Positions 1 through 12,847 of a DNA stretch of 64,000 bases are shown here, piece by piece (the stretch's first letter is position 1; the number at the start of each line of letters is the position of its first letter). The notes beneath the pieces were generated by a model. That model was not told where the DNA came from, made no database searches, and saw only the letters and a program-made list of their open reading frames with translations. The position numbers and the translations under genes are program-made. The DNA lies in NCBI GenBank assembly GCA_010093815.1, contig ML996574.1; one strand, given 5' to 3'. This DNA comes from Pseudovirgaria hyperparasitica. Taxonomy: Eukaryota.

Positions 1-647
1 GTGCCTCGTGATGTGTGTTATTGCCCTATCATCACTATTTTACATACTACGTACACTCAAGCGCTATACATAGTACTGCTTGTTGTGTGGTACGGCTCTC
101 AGTAGTACGCGGCATGCCACTCCCACGTGCCGTTCCAACATCGCCCCTTACGCCATCGTACCAACAACACCCCCAAACATCCCATTCATTCAGCCATCAC
201 ATCCATCTCCACACCTCATCTTGCTCTCCAACACACACAGTAATTAGTATATCATTGTTGTTGCCATGACCCAAGCAATCATGCAATGCACGCCCCCGCA
301 ACGTGACTGAGTATCCTGGCTCGTCCACACGCGCCAACGCGAACTAGCCGTCTCCTCGACCTTCTGCTCAACCCCAGCCAATCCAACGCTGCATATCCAT
401 CATCATCATCAATAATTAATCATCAACGACCCACCTCCGTCTTTTCTTCGCCCTGCCCTTCACATCATCGCCAGATCGATCAATCCTTCCATCCACCATC
501 ATCCTCTTTTCCCCTGTCTCGACCTCCTTTTCCACTTCTTCCTCGTCCTTATATCGGCCTCTTCTGCCTTTCTTTGCACATCTTTCCCCTGTATAGTTAT
601 TGCTCCGCCCGCCGTTTTGACTGTCCTACCATCGGATAATTACCATC

Positions 648-1891
648 ATGAGCAACGTCAAAGCAAAAGCCAAAGACATTTTGCACCGCCATCCTCTGCA
701 GCGAGCCCAGTCTCCCTCCAGGGGTTGGTCTGCCGCGCTTCATGTACGTACTACCCAAGAGTCAAGTCATTACGGCCTCTACGCCTTGTCCAGACCTCGA
801 ATTCACACTTGGCCCCACACTAGGTCGTAGCTCTGTGTAGCTTTGCCTATTCCTTCAGATAGTAAGTCCCCCATTCAGAGCTCTCGACCCGCCCGCTGTC
901 AGTATGCCCGCTCACACACTATCGCCATGTCAGCCTCGTCGTCAATCCAAACCCCATGTACGCAAATCCTTCCGACCAGCCTCTCGGCTCTGGCGCTTGA
1001 CCTCGACCTCGATTCTTTTTACTGATCCCCACCAGAAATGATAGCTATGGCTGGCACATGCAGTATCTCACCATCTTGGGTACGTCAAACATCCACATTA
1101 CCATCTGGCCATGTGTAGCCTTTGCTGCTATACTGGGACCCCTGCTGATTATTGTCTATCCTTTGACCTTGCAGGTCTATCCCTGGCGACCATCACAATG
1201 ACTCTTGCTTTACTTGCCGATATCACGCTATCTCCACGTATCTTTGCCGTCAAGAACGCTTTCGCTCTCACCTCCGCCCCAATGGAAGTTCTCATCTCCG
1301 CTCTCTACTGGGGCCTTCGTGCTTACGATACAAGTCTGGTGCTCCCCGACTGGGCGCCTCGGCTTGCTCTTTCTGCAGGTATGCCCAACCATGTCCTTGT
1401 TTTTAATCCACACGTGACGCCATCAGCATGTTTGAGTTTTGAGCCTCTACATTACCGGCATGATACGTCTCAGCCCCTTCGGCATTCTAATGCTTATTCT
1501 CACCATCATCGAATTTTTCGTTTTGCGGTTTATGTATGCCAATGCCCTCGTTGCTGTTGCTGATCGTCTGGCGCTAGATTTCGGCTTCCATCTCTTCCCC
1601 ACACTCTACCTCCTTATCGACACCTGGTTGCTATCTCCCCCACGCACAATCCGCCTTGCACCTTCATTGCTGCTCTCTCTCGTAATCGCCTTCACTTACT
1701 GGTTCTGGATCGAGCGCTGCTACCAGTTTAATGGATTTTATCCATATCCCATCTTCGCCCTACTCGACACTTCGCAACGCATTGGGCTGTTCACCTTCAG
1801 CGCCGTTCTTATGACCCTTTCTGGGACTTTCCTTGGTCAGCTGTATGGCGTGATGAATGGCCACCTCGATAATAGTAAGAAGAGCCAGTAG
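648..1891 (+). CDS. FAR-17a/AIG1-like (UPF0641-type) multi-pass membrane protein, about 6 exons
   Basis: Spliced reading MSNVKAKAKDILHRHPLQRAQSPSRGWSAALH|VVALCSFAYSFRY|LVVNPNPI|NDSYGWHMQYLTILG|LSLATITM...LISALYWGL...|DFGFHLFPTLYLLID...FYPYPIF. Donors at 744, 862, ~958, 1080 and 1379; last acceptor at 1577. The GWHxQYLT and YPYPIF motifs and the conserved His fit the family. Confidence 0.8.
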
Positions 1892-2538
1892 GCATCAGAT
1901 AGACAACCCGACTCCACTTAGCACAGATCCAGCTGGAAACTCTTCCTTGTTTATAGTAAACATATTAAGGCTTCAGGACTTAGGACGCATAGCTGAAGCC
2001 TTAGAACGCATACAACATTTCAAGACTTTGGGGAAACTAGAGATTAGATATGTGGGTCGGGTGTAACCATAGAATAGATCTACCGTGTATGTACTAATCA
2101 TAAGCTCCATGCAAGAACAACTGCCGTCGCACCGTGATGCACCTTGCATCACGAATCCGAGCAAGGATTGCGAGTATCAACTCGTCTAGCAACGTTCTAC
2201 ACAACATCGCATCTAGAGCATAATGCCAGCATCAGGCACAGTACCCACTCACAGTACTTGCCATCGTAAAATCGAGGAATCAATTGCAGCGTGTTGATTA
2301 TCGATGCCTCTTTTGTACGTCGTCCCCAGACTCCCAGTGCCAATGACGCACCCGCCGGTCCCGCTGTCCCGTCCCGGGAAAATCGCGGTCCCACAGAAAG
2401 CAGCACCAGGCACCAACAACTTGCCAAGCATCGAAGCTTCTCTGAACCTCATACGAAAGCTACACACTCTACGAAAAACACATCTCCATCCCAGGCACAA
2501 TCCGCGTGTGCACATCCCCCAATACACACACCATCACC

Positions 2539-3438
2539 ATGCATTCCATCTCCACCTTCCCTCTCCGCCTCACACGAGCCGCAAGCTCCACCGTCGCATC
2601 AACGAGCGCAATCATGCCAGCCACAAAGCAGCCCTGGACAGCGCGATTCCTCTGCATGAAGAGCAACAACACCACCACTGCCATCCAGACCATGACGAAA
2701 CCCACCCTCCCCTTCCGCCGTAGCACACAAGCCACCCTCCTTCGTCAATTATTTACATCCTCGTCGACGACGCGCACATATGCCACCAAAACCAAACCCA
2801 AAACCCCGTTGTCGGCATCTTCGTCCTCTTCGCCCGCCTCCGAACCCCTGACATGGAACCGCTTCCTCGCCCTGCGCAAGACACGCCGCCGCTTCTCGCT
2901 CGGCAGCAGCATCATCTGTGCCGTCCTCACCCTCGGCATTGGCGGCTCGCAGCTGCTCAACACGGACGCCGACAACGCGATCGCGGCTGCGCTGGGCACT
3001 GAGCCTATGCTGGTGTGGGGTCTGAGCAGCGTGGTGCTGGTGGCCGTGGGCTGGCTGCTGGGCCCAGCGTTTGGCAATGGGATCTTCAAGATGCGGTATA
3101 GCAAGCATCGGAGCGCGATGGATGCTGTAAGTTTCATGCACACCCAAGAATACACCCCTCTTCCAATAATACCACCATGCTCACGATCAATGAGCAACCC
3201 AAGAATGCTTTAGCAGAGAAAAACAAGTCTATCTTCTAACATATGTTGACACTTCAAACAGAAAGAACGCGAATTCTTCCTCCGCATCAAGAAGCACCGC
3301 TCCAACCCCGCAAACTCGTCTCTCTCGAACCCGATCCCAGACTACTACGGCGAGAAAATCGGCAGCGTGGCAGACTACCGCAGATGGCTGAAGGACCAGC
3401 GAGCCTTTAACCTGAAGCGCGGCGAGGTCCCCTCGTAG
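2539..3438 (+). CDS. PAM17: Mitochondrial presequence translocase-associated motor subunit Pam17
   Basis: R/S/T-rich presequence, then LTWNRFLALRKTRRR and two hydrophobic segments. An intron at about 3127-3261 joins to KEREFFLRIKKHR...NPIPDYYGEKIGSVADYRRWLKDQRAFN, the Pam17 C-terminal signature. Start ATG is uncertain. Confidence 0.9.
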
Positions 3439-3917
3439 TCGGGCCCTTCTCTCCATATCCCACCACCTCCACTCAGGACTCCGCTACGAACCTGTTCAGG
3501 ATGGGATTCGATTCAAGATGGTCAGAAGAAGGAGGTAGTCAAGTCCAGCATAAGCAGAATATGAAAAGAAGAAAAAAAGAAACAGTGAGTGGAAAAGAAC
3601 AAGGGTTTTCACCGTGAACGTTGTCATAATGTACAGGACCACAATAAACGACAACAGAAGGCAGCAGCAGCAGGATACGAGCAGTAATCAAAAACAAACA
3701 CGACCTGGAACCATCATGGCGGAACCGACGCGAGAGAGGAGGGGGTCACAGGGGCAGAGTAGTCATAACGAGTCTCGGTGTCTCGGTAGAACGAAGGAGG
3801 AAGGAGAGGACAAGCAAAACGGGGGAAACGCGCAAAGTGTACTCATGTGTGTGTTTTTCTTCTGATGGTCACGTTTTCTCTGTATATACAAGGTCCGCAC
3901 ACGCGCACAATGGTTCT

Positions 3918-3923
<6 letters not shown>

Positions 3924-3982
<59 letters not shown>
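3924..3982. repeat. (CT)n microsatellite, about 29 units
   Basis: Uninterrupted ctctct... run, followed by an imperfect (CTACA)n tract at about 4044-4090. Confidence 0.95.
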
Positions 3983-3986
<4 letters not shown>

Positions 3987-4409
3987 ATCTCTGTTTCCAA
4001 ATACCTCTCTGCTCATCCGTACGAAAGGAGTGCATCGGACTTACTACACTCTACTCTCTACACACTAAACTACACTACACTACACTACTCTCTCCAATCA
4101 ACCAGCATCATGGTCCCGAAGCAGTATTTTGTTGTTTGTTTTCGCGGCTCGAAAGTGCAGACACGCAGACAAGGTCTTGTAGTCAATCTTATGTATCACC
4201 ACCCTGAATCCATTCTGTTGCCCATGTGCGCGCGGGACGATCACTCCCCTCTATTATATCCTCATTAAGCATTTAATAATGCAACGGTTTGCCATATGAA
4301 TTCTACTTCACACGTACGTGGTGACGGGCAATACATAGGCCATGACACTGGAAATGATGAGCCATCGGACTAATCTGACATGGGAGACGTTCAGAGACGC
4401 TTCCCGCAG

Positions 4410-4428
4410 ACACACACACACACACACA
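4410..4428. repeat. (AC)n microsatellite
   Basis: acacacacacacacacaca run. Confidence 0.9.
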
Positions 4429-4888
4429 TGTCTATTCGCACACATTAATTACAGCACGTGCTATACACCACGCCGTGCCGCCTTCCAACCTTCCATCTCT
4501 GGACACCCTTGAGGTCTCCGTATGGGAGATGCGTCCACACTCGCGAATTTTACAAAAGAAACGTCCAAGTGATGGTTTTCCCCTTTCTTTTTCTGAAAAT
4601 TGTCATTCCTTTTCGGGTATCTCGCCAGGTCCTCCTCCCCTTCATGCGCCAATCTCAAGTCTAGACCCTATTATAATAATCCCCATAACATGCTACGAGA
4701 AGTATGCCACCTCGTCTTGGGTCCATGAAATTATACCGAGTTATCTTGAATCGTCGTAACAGTATGCCTCGCAGTTGCGCCTGTAAAATGTAGTAACAAG
4801 GAGATACAGAAAGAAAATATAGTGCTGTAAAAGGGACTGATGTTGAGTGAAAAGCGGTGTTCGTATCAAAGCGAGTAGAACTAATCGG

Positions 4889-6425
4889 CTACATTTCTGG
4901 TGATGGTGGAGCTGTGATGGTCCGCTGGTCATCCTGTTGGGGCTCTCCCTGCGTTTCAGTCGTCGTTTGATATGCCTGATAAAAGACTGAGTTGCTGTAG
5001 AAGCTGGTTGGTGGTAGATCATGAGCTCCTGCGCTTGGGTATTGGTTATACTGATGAGTGGTAGCTGCAGGAAGGGGTGCGTAGAACGCCGTATAATGGT
5101 ACGGCTGGTGATCGTAATTCTCTTTTTCTTCTTGCTGATGATACAAAGACGTCGCCCTGGAGTGTGCCTTTCCACGACTTCTGCCATCGATCGTACCATT
5201 CGGTCCACCATAGTGAAACTCGGAGGTAAGGTAATGGAGATCTGCTGGCTGTGCCGTATGTATATTCTGGTCGTTGAAAACTTGGAAACCTCGCCTTCTA
5301 GGCTGCGCAGAATTGTAGTTTAAGCCAAAGTCGAGCCTATCATCTGCAAAGACGTCATGCTTGGCAATAGCTGTATTCGGACGAGCATTTCGTGGTGCCT
5401 GTCGTGCACGGCGAGGAATGTTCGAGTCGACCTCTGTGAGGGCAGGACGCTTGGATCGAGATTCGCGTGGAGATAGCTCCGATTTCAGGGGGCTACTTTC
5501 CTCGCTGGAACCAGATATGCGCCTCTGCCTCTTGAAAGAACCGTTTGGTGTGAAGATCAGCTCTGTTGGTTCGACTTCGTGAGAGTTCAATTCTAGTTGT
5601 TCCAAAACGGATATGTCTTTCTTTTGATTCCGCTTTCGCCGCATCTCAGGCGTGGCGGAGTCAAAAATGTTCATACCAGGCCAGTACACACCCTTCAATT
5701 TGGTACACTCGCTACCACCCACTGTAGATACGGGCTCTTCGATATCGTTATCATTGTCTTCAAGGATGGCTGACGAATCTGGAGCATGATATACACGTCT
5801 ATGGGTGTCCTGCCCTTGTACTGGATAATCGAACTCCGTGCTTGTAGTTCCGTAGGATGAAGTCGAGAGATTGTCAGGCATTCCAGCCCAGAACCTTGCC
5901 ATTCTTGGGTCATACTGCCTAGCATATGACAACCCGTCGAAGAAGGGAGGAGGGGTAGGTCGGGGCTCCTCTTTCACCCGTTGGTTGATGAGGCGAGGAT
6001 CCAAGGCCGTGATACCGGTACGTCTGCCGCGGGGATCTGGTGCCGAGTTTGAGTTCTGTATGTGAGAATTTCTCGCTCCTAGATGCGCGTTAGAACCCTG
6101 TGGATATGTTGGTAGCGAAGGTCTGTTCTCTGGGGATTCACAGCATGGGCGGAGACTGACCTGATCGAGGGCGAGACTTCTTCTTATCCTTCATGTTCAT
6201 GCGCTCAGACATGAGATCCTCCACTCGCCAGTCAATGTACCATCTATCGTAGGACTCGATAAGGCGTCGTGATGGCTCTTCATGAGTGGACCGGACTTTG
6301 ACTTTGTAATAGTGAGAAAGATGTCCTTTGCTAGCTATATGGGTGAGAAGATGCGAAACATCGCTGAAGTTGGGCTTTTTAGGACAGATGTTGCAATGCA
6401 AAGGAATGCTGGCCGACGAGGCCAT
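4889..6425 (-). CDS. Uncharacterised fungal protein with N-terminal C2H2-like Zn-finger and basic NLS-like block
   Basis: Exon 1 reads MASSASIPLHCNICPKKPNFSDVSHLLTHIASKGHLSHYYK. Intron 6160-6079 (GTCAGT...TTCTAAC...CTAG) joins in frame to the 371-aa ORF containing KLKGVYWPGMNIFDSATPEMRRKRNQKKD. Confidence 0.8.
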
Positions 6426-7104
6426 CGTGATCAGCGAGTGGTGAAGTAACTGCGTGCTGCAATGCAATGAACGGGCGTTCGATATACGAAAGGAGAGAAC
6501 AGTCTTCCAAGATTGAGAAAGGGAGGGTGAGGAGCGTGAAGAAGGAAGAAGAGAGCTCGCAGTGGTGTTGATGACTGCAGAATCGTTGAGTGAAGCTACT
6601 GCCTTGCAGAGGGAGGTCTAAGTAACTTCCACCGCGGATCGGTGAACTGTAGTTCGGCGAGCTGATAGGTGTGGATGGGCAAGAATGACCTCCAGAAAGA
6701 GCAAGAGCTAAATGACTTTGAATGGAGGTAGGAAATTAAGATGAGGACATGCGAAGAAGTGTTCCGTCTTACGAGGTGTAGTCAGTGAACAGAACGCGCA
6801 AGGGACAACTTTGTGTGGATGAAGACCGCGAGCAGCTCGGACGTGGAAAGGTGAACGACCCCGCAAAGATAGAGCAAATGTGTCTACGCACTTCACCTTA
6901 CGTTTATCATTCATTGTTCACTCTCCTCTTGACTTGTAGCCCATAGTCCACATTGCTAGTGCCATAGATTATTAGATTACAATAGTACTTGCAATGCAGG
7001 TACGAGCATGCCAATAGCACAGAACAAGGTGCAGAAGAACGCTCGGAGTGCAGAAACGTGCTCGACGCTTCAAGCAACCTGTTGCCCTTCAAGTCCTGTG
7101 TCTA

Positions 7105-8378
7105 CTATGATCGTCCTCGATTGAGAAATCTATCAGTCACTTGTTTAGGCATACAACTTGTAACATTGATTAGTAATACTCACAGAGAGTATATGGACAG
7201 ATGTTCAGACTCACTATTGAGGGTCTACCTCTGCCAAAGTCGGCATATCATGTGTCAGTGCATTGGACTCATGGCTTCTCGAGTAGGCGAGCAAGCTTAG
7301 TCCAGCGATACCGAACACGGTGTGAAAGACGTCTACCATATCTCCAGGCCTATCAGCTATACCGCCTAGTTCAAAGTCCTGATCACATTAGCCTGCATTT
7401 ATGGGCTCATTTTTCCAACTCACTTGACATTGCAAGATGAAGTCACGAAGCTTGTCGCGGTCTATCCAGTGTAATCTGCCTATGGTAGCAAGACTACTCA
7501 GGACCCACCAGCTATAGCATACGTCTTCTTGTTTTTCAGGTCTCCCATTGAGCCCACCGTTCGGGAGCTGACGCTCTGATAACCACTCTCCAAGCTTGTC
7601 ACGGTCTACCAAGTCCAATCGACCGGCGATAGCCAGTGCAGATACGCAGGTGAAGATCTGACCAGCATGAGACTCGGCCCCAGGACTAGTACCATAGCCA
7701 CCATCGAAGTTAGCACAGAGCTGGATGTGTTTCACAGCTTTGTCTACGTCCACGAGGTCCATGCGACCAAGGAGAGAAAGGGCATTGAGCGCTCCATACA
7801 GGAACCTAGTGTCTGTCTCACCCCATTCATCGCCTGTGAAGGTGCCAGAGTCCGTTTGGAGATTTGCAATGTCTACTACGACGTGAGTACGTCGCCGATG
7901 CTAAGATATGCCTGTCGCTGCTCACATCTTGCAACCTTCTCTCGTCCACCTTGGACGCGGCGGTCCAGCTCTTCAAAGCCATCGATCATGGCTAGAATTT
8001 GCACACCACTAACAGTATAAAGAATATGGGGATCATGGTTCGGAGCAGCACCAAATCCTCCACTATCGCTCAGGCATGAGATGACGTATTCCAGGATGCC
8101 ATCTCTTGGGAGGGCGTCCGGGCGTCTCAGGAGATGCAGAGCGGTCAAGCCCCAGTAAAGTCCACTAAGGCGTAGGTGTTCCGTTAACCAGTATTCGAGT
8201 TCGTCTTTGCGCTGAACATCAGGTTAGTTTATAGGGCAGACCAGGTATAAGAGCCGCTGGAACGGACGGTATCTAGGCTTTGAACATATGTAACATGTTT
8301 GTCGATGACCAATCGCAATTCCGGTGGTAAGTGCTCAATAAAGCTCCCGCCACGTCCAGGACCAGACGCTAGAGACAT
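7105..8378 (-). CDS. BET2: Rab geranylgeranyltransferase (type II) beta subunit
   Basis: Spliced exons give [52 protein letters not shown]...[49 protein letters not shown] and EVDPQY|CMP. These are prenyltransferase repeats with the DxC and H Zn ligands. Confidence 0.95.
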
Positions 8379-9482
8379 GAGTCTGTAAGGTGATCGAGGG
8401 CGTTGCAAATGCAGGCATAAGGAGGCTGGCAACACACCTTTTGACGATGTCGGAAGTTGACGCGCAGGAACATGCGACTCGTGTTTCAGCTTTAAGAGTC
8501 GTCTGAGAAATTGCCGCCCAGCGCACCAGGCAAAAATAGGCCTGACCAGGTGACCCGCACCGTAGCCGCTCGGACGACACACCTCTTTCACCGCCAACAT
8601 CAAACGTATCTCACTTCTTTGCGAACCCGGTAAAGACAGGTCGTGGATCAGTTACCTCTCTACACCTATCCCGAACTTCACTGTCGACAGACCGACACGA
8701 CCTTCCTCTTGGTTGTGTCTGCGCATCACCGAGAAGACTCGCGGCTTACTCCTAATTAGTCCTGCCCCTCGTGGCTTCAACCCGCGCTTACGTTCACTTC
8801 ACTTTGTCCGTAGCCCTCAACCAACACCAGACTAGGTCTCGCGTTATCGACATTGTACGGCATTCCTTTGGACTCGTCTGGGCTATTGGGACTATGGCTC
8901 TGCTCCAGATACGCCTCTAAACTGCATCAGTCCTTCGCAGCACCTTGAACCCCTTGTGGTCCGTCCTGCCACAAACTCCAAGCGTCCGTCTTTCTACAGC
9001 GTCCAAGTCTTTGAGCCACACATTCATTTACTCAGTCCGACGTACCTTTCGATAATAAGTCATCCCAAAACTATACAGTAATATCGCCGTGGCACGCTGG
9101 CCTGTCACATCCCCTCCCAAATATTCACACTCCTTACGGACTGGCGTGTGTAAGTTCAGATGCCCTGAACGATCAGCCCTGCTATACACCTACTGTGGAT
9201 CTCGATCGTACTGACTATGTTTCAGTGCCCACTAGGTACATCTCCTTCAACCTTCCTGACAACAGCCACAACACACAACGAGAGCCGTTCATGCACACTG
9301 CTCCTAATATAGACAAGGCGCGAATCTAGACTCAAGCTTAATGAAGGTATGATTGATGATCACACGCAGGGTCATGATATTGAACGTGACTAATGAGCAT
9401 GTTGTTTGCAGACAATCTCTCCCAGATCGCCCTGAACGAATCTTCATATTACACTTGATACACAACTCATAAATCACAAAAG

Positions 9483-11674
9483 ATGCCAAAAACCTCCCCT
9501 CTCTCTCTCAAACTGTCGCAGCAGTCCAAACAAAAAGAGAGCGACAGTAGACTGCCCACCAGTCCACAATCAACTTCTCCTCGGTCTCCGCCGGCTTCCG
9601 GGGGATCAGGTGAGAGCGAGGAGCAACATCGCTCGTTCTATGTAGATCCTACCCCGACCGCTACTGAGTTCTTCTCGACATCAAGTTCTCCTGCAAGTCC
9701 ACGCCACAAAAAAGAGGCGTCGCGATCAATATTTTCAAATAGCAAAGCGTCTAAATCATCAAGCCGGATCAACCCCTCCGAATCTTCCATCCGTCAAGTA
9801 TCTGATTCAAGGTCAGAGTCAACAAAGTCCCAGGTATATCCATACAGGCATAGCCCAGGATCAAGCCCAGAACTTGGGAAGTCTATGGAAAGTGCTAGTA
9901 TTGCTAGTGGTAGGACTTCAGTATCATTAAATGGACCAGTGAGCTAACATAAGTCGCAATTCTAGTCAATTCTTCGGTCCTAGACAATACTCTCTCTCGG
10001 CTGCCACCGGCTACAACCGTCAAATCCCACAGTCTACCGCATATCGATACTGAGTTACCTTCTTCCAGTAAACGAGGCAACGCAAAAGGACGATTCCCAA
10101 ACATATTGTCCCGCACACGGTCAACATCCACGAAGGGTTTCGAAGAGTCTATCAAACAAAAGCCGAAACCGCCCACACCCATCAATCGTTTCCCGCCAGA
10201 TACTGACCTGTCTAAACACCTCGGGAGACATCTCGCTGATCACAGTGCTCGAAGCGCGCCGTTGGAAAAGGACAGGGGATTTCGGGAAATGATGAGCTCG
10301 GTGAACTCTTCCATCCGCAATCGCTCTGCCGATCGTCATGTGGCAGTTGAATCCGAGGATGAGTCATTTGTACCATCAAAAGAGAGAAAAGAGAAAGAAT
10401 CCTTCTCGCTCGCAACTTCATTCAAGGATGGTGGCGCGGGAGCGTCATTGTTGCATAACATCAAAAACCAGGGAACGAAGGCAGCGGATGGTTTGGGAAA
10501 AGCAAGAAAAGGGTTCTTCGGCAAATTGACCCGGAGTGGCAGTAGTACCGAGAAGGACATTCCCATCAATGGCAAATGGGAACCTAAAATTCTCAAACTT
10601 CCCTTGGTGCAGCAAACCCGAAGAACTCGAATATCGAAGCGACTAGAGGACTCCCGGGACAAGACTGAATTCTGGATGCCCGCTCTTCCTTGGCGATGTA
10701 TAGAGTAAGCTGCTTGCTGGTCTATTACTAGTTACATGTTGCTGACCAACTCCCTTAGCTACTTGAACGCCAACGGCTGTGAAGTGGAAGGTATTTATCG
10801 CGTGCCCGGAAGCGAAAAGGACATCCGATACTGGCAGCGGCGCTTCGACACCGAAGGTGACCTTGACCTCTTCAACGAAACCGAGCTTTACGACATCAAC
10901 ATCATCAGCTCCATGTTCAAGGCATGGTTACGAGATTTGAAGGATGAAATATTTCCAAAATCGACTCAAGCCAAGATTGCCGCTGCGTGTGTGGGGGCCA
11001 AGACAACACCGCAGATGCTGAAGGACGAGCTCTCGATGCTGCCGCCGTATAACTACTATCTCCTGTTTGCCATCACATGCCACATCAGCCTTCTTCACTC
11101 GTGTGCAGAGAAGAACAAGATGGACTATAGGAATCTTTGCATCTGCTTTCAGCCATGCATGAACATTGAAGCCTTTTGCTTTCAATTCCTCGTTCTCGAC
11201 TGGAGAAACTGCTGGCAAGGGTGTTGGACAGAAGACGAGCACAAAACGATAGAGAAGGAAATGGACGAGCAAGGGGAAGAAAAGGTGTTGGCAGCCAAGC
11301 AGAGCAGACTTGAAGACTTGAAGATGCCCAAGTCGGCATCCTTGTCATCGCTATCTAATAATGGTCGACAAACTGCTAATTCGTCATACTCGAATGTTGG
11401 AAGCAGTAAGCTCTCTGCGACCAGCATCATGAATAGCGAGCGTGCCAATTCATCGGCTGGCAACAGTAGCATGCCTTCGTTGGCTGAAAGTGCAACTCCA
11501 GAACGGCGTCGCCCTTATACAGTCGAGACATCTCAGCCTGATCCGTACGAAGGCGAAGACGCTACACCGACTCAACCTGGGCACCACCTTCGCATCAACT
11601 CTACACTACCAGCCCTTTCGCCCGTCAAACCCCTCTCGCCACCATGGCAAAACTCCGGGCGCGCGCCACAGTGA
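9483..11674 (+). CDS. RhoGAP domain protein with long Ser-rich N- and C-terminal regions
   Basis: Introns at 9910-9965 and about 10705-10758 link three ORFs. The domain reads FWMPALPWRCI|xYLNANGCEVEGIYRVPGS (arginine finger), SMFKAWLRDL and KNKMDYRNLCICFQP. Confidence 0.9.
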
Positions 11675-12847
11675 GGCATAAGGTATGCCACAACGCACGA
11701 GACTCTCGACGTAGACGCTAGCAAGCGTGAGAGGCAAACTGTGCTCGCGTCGGAGGATGTTCTTCATTTAGGTGACATCTCGAGAAGTGGAGTTTAATTT
11801 TCAAAAGAAAGCAAAAGTTACATGAGGAGCGGATACCCTTTGTTTGCTCGGAGGTTTACCTGCAACGAAAAAATGTTGGTTCGCGTCTCTGCTTTCTTAG
11901 TTTGGTGGGTGTGGTGTATTTTTAAGCAAGCGAGCCTGGATTTCGCATCTTTGATCAGAGCGACTGCATGAATGACTGTCCTTATTGTACGAGTATTATG
12001 ACTATTCCATTGGATTGCTTAGTCGTAGTGTTTACGTTGCGTCTTGAGTATGTTTTTTTGTCGAATTACAGAATTTAGTGCCGAGGCTGGAGGGCTGGCG
12101 TGATGAGTGTGAAAGCAGGTCTGGAGTGATTTAAAGAATGAAGAAAAGAAAATGCCATATTTCGTGCATATGGCAATTCGCGAGATGACTGCTCCTGATG
12201 ACGTAGTAGTGCTGGAGCGGTGAGCAGACGCGCCCCGGCCAGTACACCATCTCGCATGAATGAATGCTCAGCAGCGGCTCTACCCGCGAGCTTTCCAAGC
12301 TTTGGGCGTAGTGCATTCACCCACTTTTGTCTCTGCCACCAATTGAATCATTTCTATGCTGATGGATGAATGGTACCTTCGGTGCATTACACTTGTTGGA
12401 TACCCCAGAGAGTCGTGCCTCTTGCTTTTCCCTCGCCGTCGCCCGCTTGCTGATCTTCTCTCCCCCTCCTCCATAGCTCAGGTACCTCTCTCTCACCATG
12501 GCTGCTGCTTCCGCCTAAGCTCAACCTCCGCCTACTTGGAACAATCTACCGGTGCTCGCAGGTGTATATATGAGGAAGTAGAGACTGTTCAGCCTCAACC
12601 TCAACAAGTTTGCTTGCCTGTCCAAGTATAGTCCTCTGCCAGGTGCTGTGAGTCTTCTCCTCCTCTCATCATTCTGACCCCAGCATATCCTGTACTCGGT
12701 TGCCCCTACAAACTAGCTCCTAGCATATCTCTATACACTGCATTCAATCGTCCTATAGCTCCTACTTACTCAATGCGTCCCAGTGTTCGTCACTCTGCTG
12801 CACAGAGCCAACGGTCTATCTTGCGTTCGAGATCGCCTGCAGTTCCA

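Noticed and set aside
1379..1577. Extra exon or stwintron in the unusually long FAR-17a intron (second GTATGC at about 1534)
   Set aside because: Candidate internal exons are out of phase or contain a stop, and no split donor is reconstituted.
3837..4268. ORF with poly-(SL) tract
   Set aside because: Artefact of the (CT)n microsatellite.
4355..4378. Box C (ATGATGA) and box D (CTGA) pair
   Set aside because: Only about 13 nt apart, with no further D box or terminal stem, so too short for a C/D snoRNA.
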